From: Candidatus Cloacimonadales bacterium
Lineage (GTDB): Bacteria > Cloacimonadota > Cloacimonadia > Cloacimonadales > JAIOQZ01
Direction of reading: 5' to 3'
DNA: 64,000 nucleotides
Assembly: GCA_963662655.2 (NCBI GenBank)
Contig: CAXXTU010000002.1
Location: 672,001-736,000, forward strand
Part shown: positions 28,560-34,819 of the stretch, piece by piece
How the letters are laid out: each line of letters opens with the position of its first letter
How positions within the stretch are numbered: position 1 is the stretch's first letter
Translations under genes and position numbers: made by a program
Notes under the pieces: generated by a model
Told to the model about the DNA's origin: nothing
Seen by the model: the letters and a program-made list of their open reading frames with translations, nothing else
The model's database searches: none

Positions 28560-28946
28560 TTAACGTTTCGAGAATTGGAAGCGCTTACGGGCTTTCGGAC
28601 GCCCTGGTTTCTTACGTTCCACCATACGTGGATCACGAGTGAGCAGCCCGTTTTTCTTCAATACGCCCCGGAGCTCTTCGTCATATTTGCATAAAGCGCG
28701 GGATATCCCATGACGAATTGCGCCTGCTTGCCCTGACAGGCCACCGCCTGCCACGTTTACGCGAAGATCGAATTTCTCGGACATACCGATCAGCTTGAAC
28801 GGTTGTTCCACGATCATTTCCAAAATTTCACGGGCAAGATATTCCTTCATCGGCTTGTCGTTTACAAGACGTTTGCCGGTTCCAGGGGTTAAACGAACGC
28901 GAGCTACTGCATTTTTTCTTCTGCCTGTTGCATCGAAATACTGCAT
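28560..28946 (-). CDS. rpsI: 30S ribosomal protein S9
   Basis: [52 protein letters not shown]. Confidence 0.97.
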   Translation of the reverse strand: MQYFDATGRRKNAVARVRLTPGTGKRLVNDKPMKEYLAREILEMIVEQPFKLIGMSEKFDLRVNVAGGGLSGQAGAIRHGISRALCKYDEELRGVLKKNGLLTRDPRMVERKKPGRPKARKRFQFSKR

Positions 28947-28957
28947 TCAATTTCCTC

Positions 28958-29386
28958 CTACAGTTCCCAGACCTTCGGCTGCTGTGGCGCGTGCGGATGG
29001 TCGGGTCCGGTGTAGACTTTGAGTTTCTTGTAGATTTTTCTTCCTAAAGCGTTCTTGGGGAGCATCCCCTTAATCGCGTGCTGAATTACGTGTTCCGGTT
29101 TCTCTTCCATCATACGACGGATCGGGGTTTCCTTCAAACCGCCCGGGTAACCGCTATAGCGTTTGTACTTCTTCTGAAGCAGCTTGTTACCGGTAAGTTT
29201 AACCTTTTCCGCGTTGATAATGATGACGTGGTCACCATTATCTAGATTGTGAGAGAAGAACGGTTTGTGCTTACCACGCAGGATTGCAGCGACCATAGAG
29301 GACAATCTTCCCAAAACCTGATCGGTGGCATCGATCACGTACCAATTGTTTTCCAACTGGCTGAGTTTCGGTGTAAATGTTCTCAT
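28958..29386 (-). CDS. rplM: 50S ribosomal protein L13
   Basis: WYVIDA...LGRL, LRGKHKP, GD.VIIINAEKV.LTGNK, GMLPKN.LGR, HPH..QQP; start ATG 29386 after AAGGAG. Confidence 0.97.
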   Translation of the reverse strand: MRTFTPKLSQLENNWYVIDATDQVLGRLSSMVAAILRGKHKPFFSHNLDNGDHVIIINAEKVKLTGNKLLQKKYKRYSGYPGGLKETPIRRMMEEKPEHVIQHAIKGMLPKNALGRKIYKKLKVYTGPDHPHAPQQPKVWEL

Positions 29387-29560
29387 TTCTACTCCTTTTG
29401 ATATTATGAACAATTCCGTATTATAATGTATATAGGCGAGTTGCCTTGATACACACGGATATTGCTGTACACGTGATTTTCTTTTCGGCGCTACGTTAAC
29501 TAACGATGTACCAACGAGAAAATCATAATTACACGAAAACGTGACAAAATATTGACAGTC

Positions 29561-29579
29561 AAGGATTCGTGTCAAGTTA
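29561..29579 (+). repeat. Left att-like direct repeat AAGGATTCGTGTCAAGTTA
   Basis: Identical to 33010-33028; flanking bases differ on both sides. Confidence 0.85.
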
Positions 29580-29731
29580 TTCACGATTAATCCACGCGGT
29601 TTCCACAAATTATCCACATTCCGGGCGTCCCTCAAAGCCTTTCATGACAGGTGTTCAATATCGTTTTCCACATATCCACAGCGCTTATTATTACTATTAT
29701 CTCTAAAAATCTTAATCGTAATAGTAATAAT
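29577..29731 (+). promoter_or_regulatory. DnaA-box array and oriC-type unwinding module
   Basis: Boxes at 29577, 29588, 29599, 29610 (TTATCCACA perfect); overlapping pair TTTTCCACA/ATATCCACA 29664-29680; GCGC; then TAA/TAG trinucleotide repeats on the bottom strand 29685-29699. Confidence 0.78.
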
Positions 29732-29805
29732 CAGTGGAATATTAACCGATAATAGGTTTACACATGTCTCAATGTGTCAACATTTCGAAATGAGCGAGGT
29801 AACGC

Positions 29806-30375
29806 ATGAATCTAGTTCAACCACTACGTGAGCGCCGTCAGATCGATCTTGTAAAAACCTACCTTCGGAACCACCCACGAAATTCGAAATCTGCCAATCC
29901 ACTTCGCTACTACATGCTTTTTATGCTCGGTATCCATACAGGGTTACGAATATCCGACATCCTGCCGCTGCGCGTGCAGGATGTCATGTACCGTACCCAC
30001 GTTGTAGTCCACGAGCGAAAGACCGGGAAAACGCGTCTCTTCCGGCTTTCGAGCTCATTGCAGCTTGAGCTCGAGGACTATTGCCGCGAGATGAGCCCAG
30101 AAGATTACCTTTTCGGCAACTCCCAAGGTGGTCACCCTCTCGAGACAAATTGCCTGGCAAACTCTGCATGATGCGTGCCGCGCCGTCGGGATCACCGACG
30201 CGATCGGCACGCATACCCTGCGAAAAAACCTTCGGCTATCATCTCTACCAGCAAACCCACGACGTGGCTTTGCTGCAGATGATACCTCAACCACTCGCAT
30301 CCAGCAACAACGCTTAGGTACATAGGAATCATTCAAGATCGAATCGATTCCGCAATCCAAGGACTAGCTCTATGA
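29806..30375 (+). pseudogene. Minimal (catalytic-domain-only) tyrosine recombinase with three +1 frameshifts (real or sequencing error)
   Basis: Reconstructed: MNLVQPLR...GIHTGLRISD...ERKTGKTR...LSRQIAW...GTHTLRK/TFGYH...LQMI/LNHSHPATTLRYIG; R, K, H-x-x-R, H and Y catalytic residues all present across three frames. Confidence 0.88.
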
Positions 30376-30566
30376 ACCAAAATACGGCCCATAAACTCAT
30401 CAATCCCATTCCAACCTGTGAATCGTGCAAACGCTACACTCCAGTCAATCACTTCAGCGGGATCTGCTCCAGATATCCTTCAACGAAACGAGATCACGTC
30501 TGCATTCTGAACTACTGCGAACACTGGATCGATCGCAAAACCGAAAAAACGAGGTTCCAACGATGA
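30372..30566 (+). CDS. Small Cys-rich putative Zn-binding protein (64 aa)
   Basis: ATGA overlap with the integrase stop; CESC..Y...C...C..W pattern. Confidence 0.6.
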   Translation: MNQNTAHKLINPIPTCESCKRYTPVNHFSGICSRYPSTKRDHVCILNYCEHWIDRKTEKTRFQR

Positions 30567-30856
30567 TAGAACGCTGCTGTCGCACTTGCTCACATTGGGC
30601 ACGTCAAAAGGATCCTGATAGCAAATATTGGTGCCACATTCACAAAGCTTATACGTATCGATCGTCATATTGCCCAAAGTGGCAAGAGCGCCAGGCGCTG
30701 TCATTCGATCCGATTTGTGGTTTCTGTGAATTCTGGGACCGCTCGAGCGACCAGGTTAACCGTCACTGCAAATATCACAACGAGCATACCAACATCGGAG
30801 ATACCTGCCCGGCATGGTTTCTCATCCCAACACTCAAACAATCGGAGGAATCTTGA
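30563..30856 (+). CDS. Small Cys-rich protein with two tandem CxxCxxW...C..H...CxxW modules (97 aa)
   Basis: GAGGT RBS, ATGA overlap; CRTCSHW..WCHIH..YCPKW and CGFCEFW..HCKYH..TCPAW. Confidence 0.65.
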   Translation: MIERCCRTCSHWARQKDPDSKYWCHIHKAYTYRSSYCPKWQERQALSFDPICGFCEFWDRSSDQVNRHCKYHNEHTNIGDTCPAWFLIPTLKQSEES

Positions 30857-31044
30857 TTATTAAAATCTGGCACACTGAACCGAACCGAAATCCATATGTA
30901 CAGAATTACCCGGATTACGAAGGATTCGTCGTTATCCCGCCCGACGAACCGTTCGGCGGCACCGGCTGCCGCATCCGGATCGTCGGCTGGATCCGGGAAG
31001 GCCCCACCGGCCAACATATCCACATGACGGAGAAATCAGCATAA
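30853..31044 (+). CDS. Small hypothetical protein, paralog A (NYPDYEGFV...RI.GW)
   Basis: TTG start after GGAGG, overlapping the upstream stop; paralogous to 31134-31352. Confidence 0.65.
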   Translation: MIIKIWHTEPNRNPYVQNYPDYEGFVVIPPDEPFGGTGCRIRIVGWIREGPTGQHIHMTEKSA

Positions 31045-31133
31045 GAAACCCCCGCGGCGGCCGGGATGCTAAGCTTCTTGACAACTCTGCATCCCGTCCG
31101 CCAAATTCGAACATCATGACAACGGGGGTTAAC

Positions 31134-31352
31134 ATGATCGTGAACATCTGGAAAACAACTAAGGAATCACACTTCTCAGATAACTACCCAGACTACGAAG
31201 GCTTTGTAGAAGTGAAAGACTCTTCAGGCTCAGAGCACCGTATTCGAGTTATCGGCTGGTATCGAGAACGAAGTGACGGCAATCATATTCACATCGAGAC
31301 CAAGCCAGGCTCAGGCTTCGAAATCTTCGCGAGATCGAACGATAATCCTTGA
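31134..31352 (+). CDS. Small hypothetical protein, paralog B (NYPDYEGFV...RIRVIGW)
   Basis: MIVNIWKT...NYPDYEGFVEV...RIRVIGWYRE...HIHIE aligns with paralog A. Confidence 0.65.
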   Translation: MIVNIWKTTKESHFSDNYPDYEGFVEVKDSSGSEHRIRVIGWYRERSDGNHIHIETKPGSGFEIFARSNDNP

Positions 31353-31455
31353 ACCATGTGAAGACATGGCTTATTGTTCGTTTATGATTTCTCGCGGCGT
31401 ATGAGCCCGCCCACCCGCCCATCTCACGCCGCGAGGCAATCATAAAGGAGATTTC

Positions 31456-31590
31456 ATGACTCGAACAAAACAGCAATTCTCGACGATGAAGTACACGACG
31501 ATGAAGTACACGACGCTGAAGTACACGACGCTGAAGTACACGACGCTGAAGTACACGACGATGAAGCAAAAGGCCCACGGCTTACGCTAA
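31456..31590 (+). CDS. Repeat-containing small ORF (reading frame uncertain)
   Basis: AAGGAG RBS then ATG; reads MTRTKQQFST(M/L)KYTT x5 as given, or (D/A)EVHD repeats ending at 31661 if one A is missing at ~31470. Confidence 0.4.
   Translation: MTRTKQQFSTMKYTTMKYTTLKYTTLKYTTLKYTTMKQKAHGLR
31481..31566 (+). repeat. 15-bp tandem repeat CGACG(A/C)TGAAGTACA, about 5.7 copies
   Basis: Units start at 31481, 31496, 31511, 31526, 31541; partial unit at 31556. Confidence 0.95.
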
Positions 31591-32383
31591 AACTAGAACT
31601 AGGTGCCGCTCCTCGGCCACCCAGGGAGAAGGGAGCACGCAGCACACCCCGTAAAGGTTGAATGACGCGCCCCCCCTGAAACCCCCACGGCACACCCAGG
31701 CGCTCAGCCTACCTGAGTCTTTCAGCATACTGAGTCGGTACCCCGAACGCTCCGCCGCAATTGATTGGTCGCTACGCTCCTGAGAGATGCGGCTACGCTG
31801 AAGCGGTAGGGCTCTGTGCGCCCGGCTTCGGCTCGCCCCGTCGGCGGCCTTAGCTCGGTACGCATTACTGAACAGGACAAAGGAGCAGGGGGGCGCTTGC
31901 CTGGCATCGCTTCGGGCGGCAGCAAGAAAGCGCTCAGCGCGCTGCTCTCCCTCAGCGGCCAGATACGGGAGTTCCAAACCTGCGCTTCAATCGCCAGCGC
32001 AGGGGCTGCGTGCTCCCTTCTCCCCGGGTGGCGCTCGATCACGTCAGCAGCTCGCCATCCCTGGCTTCGCTGCCGCGAGGGTCACCTTCTGCAATCGTAC
32101 TGTCCAGCGCGCCCGACTCCCTCACCCCGCGCGTACTTCTTCCAGCGCTGGCCAGTCCCGGTCACGCCGTCGCCCTATAAGGGGCGCAGGCGTTCCCGGG
32201 CTCATCGACTGGTGAATCAAAGGCGGAGCGGATCACGCCCGACCTCTCTCCGTTCGGCGGGACGAAAGCCGCGCCTCGCTTCGTAATTTCAAAACTCCGG
32301 CCAACGTCCGCCGGCAAGCCTGTACCCGTTCCACGGAACCCGCTTATAACGCGATTTACGCCTACACAGAATCCGAATATCGC

Positions 32384-32412
32384 TTGTTTTTTTATCTATC
32401 TTTGCTTATCTT
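32384..32412 (+). promoter_or_regulatory. Putative sigma70 promoter for the ORF at 32433
   Basis: TTGTTT-17 nt-TATCTT, then AGGAGG at 32421-32426. Confidence 0.45.
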
Positions 32413-32432
32413 CTGCCAAAAGGAGGTTAACG

Positions 32433-32675
32433 TTGGACAAACGAAGAAAGCCACTTCCGCCGATCGAGGACGTACGCCTGATCCTTCAGGTTGGTACGTA
32501 CCCGGAAAGAACACGTCGCCTTGTTGGTGAATGCATCCAGCTTTACCACAGCACGGCATATCCTCACCGCGAAATTTGTCACCGCCTCAACAAAATCGGT
32601 TCAAGGACTTCTACGGGCTTGTCTTGGACACCGAACCGCCTCAAGTATTACGTCCGCGGTCTTCGAATTTCTTGA
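32433..32675 (+). CDS. Small DNA-binding protein resembling the stand-alone 'Recombinase' (PF07508-like) HTH
   Basis: Strong RBS with TTG start; HREICHRLNKIGSRTSTGLSWTPNRL fits the I...LN..G.RT..G..W pattern. Confidence 0.6.
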   Translation: MDKRRKPLPPIEDVRLILQVGTYPERTRRLVGECIQLYHSTAYPHREICHRLNKIGSRTSTGLSWTPNRLKYYVRGLRIS

Positions 32676-32733
32676 CAATCTCTTCTTCGAGGATCCGGAA
32701 TTGTACCAGGTAATCCAAAGGAGTTGTATCGTG

Positions 32734-32937
32734 ATGTCCTTAGCACCTCTCATCGAGCGCCTGGACAATGTCGGGCGTTCAACACGCGAGTACGGCGTTT
32801 TACTCGCGCACGTCGCAAACTTCGATAGTCAGGGGAGCATTCCGGATCTCATAGCCGATGAAATCGACGCAATTTCATCGAAACTGTCAGATGTGGATAA
32901 CTCAATGGCCGTTAACGTCGATTCTCCAGTAACTTGA
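32734..32937 (+). CDS. Hypothetical protein (67 aa)
   Basis: AAAGGAG RBS before GTG/ATG; helical, acidic sequence MSLAPLIERLD... Confidence 0.4.
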   Translation: MSLAPLIERLDNVGRSTREYGVLLAHVANFDSQGSIPDLIADEIDAISSKLSDVDNSMAVNVDSPVT

Positions 32938-32997
32938 GGGTATTATGAGCCGGAATGTGTATAAACGCTGTGAACTGCTGTGGATAGCTGTGCATAA
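32892..32997 (-). promoter_or_regulatory. Right-end DnaA-box array (opposite orientation)
   Basis: TGTGGATAA 32892, TGTGTATAA 32956, TGTGGATAG 32979, TGTGCATAA 32989; degenerate TGTGAACTG 32969. Confidence 0.75.
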
Positions 32998-33009
32998 ATC
33001 TTGCCAAAA

Positions 33010-33028
33010 AAGGATTCGTGTCAAGTTA
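33010..33028 (+). repeat. Right att-like direct repeat AAGGATTCGTGTCAAGTTA
   Basis: Identical to 29561-29579. Confidence 0.85.
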
Positions 33029-33074
33029 AATGCAATGATTTACGGCTTTAAATCCAAATTTGCATAAAAAAGCG

Positions 33075-33590
33075 CTATTGATAGAAGCTCATTCGGAACG
33101 AGTAGCTCATCTTTCCAACAACGTCCAGGTGCCATGATTTTACGATTTCCTTCACTTCGGAAACAAATGAATCCGTGAATTGGGCGTCCGAGTCCTTCTC
33201 GATATCAGCCGATTCGACATCACCATTATCCGCGAAAACAACCGTGATCTTCAGGCTTCCCTGCATGGGAACCACTTGGGAGCGCGACTTGTATAGCCTC
33301 TGTATCCTCGGCTTGAGCGCTTGGATGTATCTCGGGAGGTCGTCCTTGGTGATGATCCCAGTCTTTCGGACTTCGGTCGCGCTTCTTGCGGGCTTTGCCT
33401 TGGCTTGCTGCTTCTGCTTTGACGCGTTTACGTTGGCTGGCCTGTCGATATGCTTCACAACCGCCTTCTGCTCGGTCTTGACAATCGTCGTATCAGCGGA
33501 GGATGCGTTTGATTCTTTCACATTCTTCTTGCAGCTGGTGATCATAAGGGCTATTATCAATCCGAGAAACAATATATTGAGGTATTTCAT
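33075..33590 (-). CDS. Lipoprotein with TonB-C/AgmX-PglI-like C-terminal domain
   Basis: Lipobox ITSC; IQRLY...QG.L.I.V....NG.V.SA.I...VK.W pattern. Confidence 0.55.
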   Translation of the reverse strand: MKYLNILFLGLIIALMITSCKKNVKESNASSADTTIVKTEQKAVVKHIDRPANVNASKQKQQAKAKPARSATEVRKTGIITKDDLPRYIQALKPRIQRLYKSRSQVVPMQGSLKITVVFADNGDVESADIEKDSDAQFTDSFVSEVKEIVKSWHLDVVGKMSYSFRMSFYQ

Positions 33591-33645
33591 GCTTACTCCG
33601 TATATATTAATATGAACAAATATGGATGATGTGCTTTACAAGGCT

Positions 33646-34731
33646 CTACTGGGCCAAAAAGATTTTCACGATTCTCGATGCTGTCTTACCATCCCATTTT
33701 TCGGGTACCGAGCCCTCCTTGGCTTGACCATCCATTATTTTCTCGATCTCGTCGATAATTTTCCGTTCATCGAGTGGTACGAGCTGATTTGTCCCTTGCT
33801 TAATCGTGATTGGACGCTCCGTGTTCTCGCGGACAGTCAGGCATGGAATCCCGAACACCGTCGATTCCTCCTGCAACCCGCCCGAATCGGTAATAAGGAG
33901 CTTTGATTGGGTCTGGAGCTTCATGAAGTCGAGATATCCCAGAGGAGGCAGCATCATGGTGCATTGCTGGAAATCCTTTAGCAGATTGTATCTCTCCATG
34001 TTATTCTTCGTTCGTGGATGAATGGGGAACACGATCTTCAGCTTGTCCGAGGCATCGCGGAAGATGTTAAGCAGTTTTTTCAGATTCTCCTCGCTATCTA
34101 CGTTGGAGGGACGATGCAGCGTAACCAGGATGTATCTCTTAGGATCGAGCTTCAGCTCTCGCAGGATGTTTGATTTTTCGAATTTCGACCTGTGGTTCCG
34201 AAGCGAATCGATCATAATGTTGCCAACAAATCGAATTTTTTCTGACGGAACGCCCTCACGCATGAGGTTTTCGTTCGCGTCCAGTGATGGCGTCAGCAGC
34301 AAGTCGCTGACCGTGTCCGTGACCAGGCGATTGATTTCCTCCGGCATGCGGCGGTCTCCGCTGCGTAAGCCAGCCTCGAGGTGAGCGACCTTGACATGCA
34401 GCTTCACACCTACGATCGCACATGCAGCCGTCGAGTTCACGTCTCCGGCAACGATGATCCAGTCGGGGCGATCTCGCAACACTACCTCTTCGTATGCCAC
34501 CATGATGCGCGCGGTCTGCACAGCGTGAGATGCGCTGCCGACATCGAGGAAATCATCGGGAACCGGCATGCCGAGATCGTCGAAGAAGAACTTGCTCATT
34601 CTTTCATCGTAGTGTTGACCCGTGTGGATCAGTTTGACCTCGAAGCGATCAGGGCGCTTCTTGAACTCGTCGTACAGGGGAGCCATCTTCATGAAATTCG
34701 GGCGCGCCCCCACGATTAGGTGTATCTTCAT
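33646..34731 (-). CDS. wecB: UDP-N-acetylglucosamine 2-epimerase (non-hydrolysing)
   Basis: VGARPNFMK, HTGQHYD, HLEAGLRS, MPEEINR, TDSGGLQEE, RENTERP. Confidence 0.93.
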   Translation of the reverse strand: MKIHLIVGARPNFMKMAPLYDEFKKRPDRFEVKLIHTGQHYDERMSKFFFDDLGMPVPDDFLDVGSASHAVQTARIMVAYEEVVLRDRPDWIIVAGDVNSTAACAIVGVKLHVKVAHLEAGLRSGDRRMPEEINRLVTDTVSDLLLTPSLDANENLMREGVPSEKIRFVGNIMIDSLRNHRSKFEKSNILRELKLDPKRYILVTLHRPSNVDSEENLKKLLNIFRDASDKLKIVFPIHPRTKNNMERYNLLKDFQQCTMMLPPLGYLDFMKLQTQSKLLITDSGGLQEESTVFGIPCLTVRENTERPITIKQGTNQLVPLDERKIIDEIEKIMDGQAKEGSVPEKWDGKTASRIVKIFLAQ

Positions 34732-34819
34732 TACGTTCTCCGTTATCGAGTGAATACAATGACGTCATGTCAGCCATGTATTGCTGCCGGAAGCCGGTTC
34801 TGTGTCAAGCGTAAAAGAC

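Larger units (their letters stand above)
29561..33028. mobile_element. Small integrative element (~3.45 kb) with tyrosine recombinase and DnaA-box arrays at both ends
   Basis: Exact 19-bp direct repeats at the ends; integrase gene near the left end; all ORFs on + strand, unlike the flanking genes; phage/plasmid-like small ORFs. Confidence 0.8.

Noticed and set aside
29561..29579. att repeat as a dif site or tRNA 3' end
   Set aside because: No XerC/XerD arm symmetry and no cloverleaf, T-arm or CCA; no tRNA or rRNA gene was recognised anywhere in the window.
29387..29635. N-terminal extensions of rplM in the ORF track (likewise kbl, rpsB and the second C10 peptidase)
   Set aside because: Downstream ATGs with RBSs give family-typical lengths; the extensions run through regulatory DNA.
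31481..31566. Tandem 15-mers as a CRISPR array
   Set aside because: Units are contiguous with no unique spacers, too short, and there are no cas genes in the window.
31582..32286. ORFs of 106-156 aa in the GC-rich tract of the element
   Set aside because: Ala/Arg/Pro/Ser-rich composition, no RBS and no motifs; treated as non-coding.
32399..32415. CTTTGCTTATCTTCTG as a pC194-type rolling-circle nick site
   Set aside because: Lacks the CTTGATA nick motif; better explained as the -10 region of the 32433 promoter.
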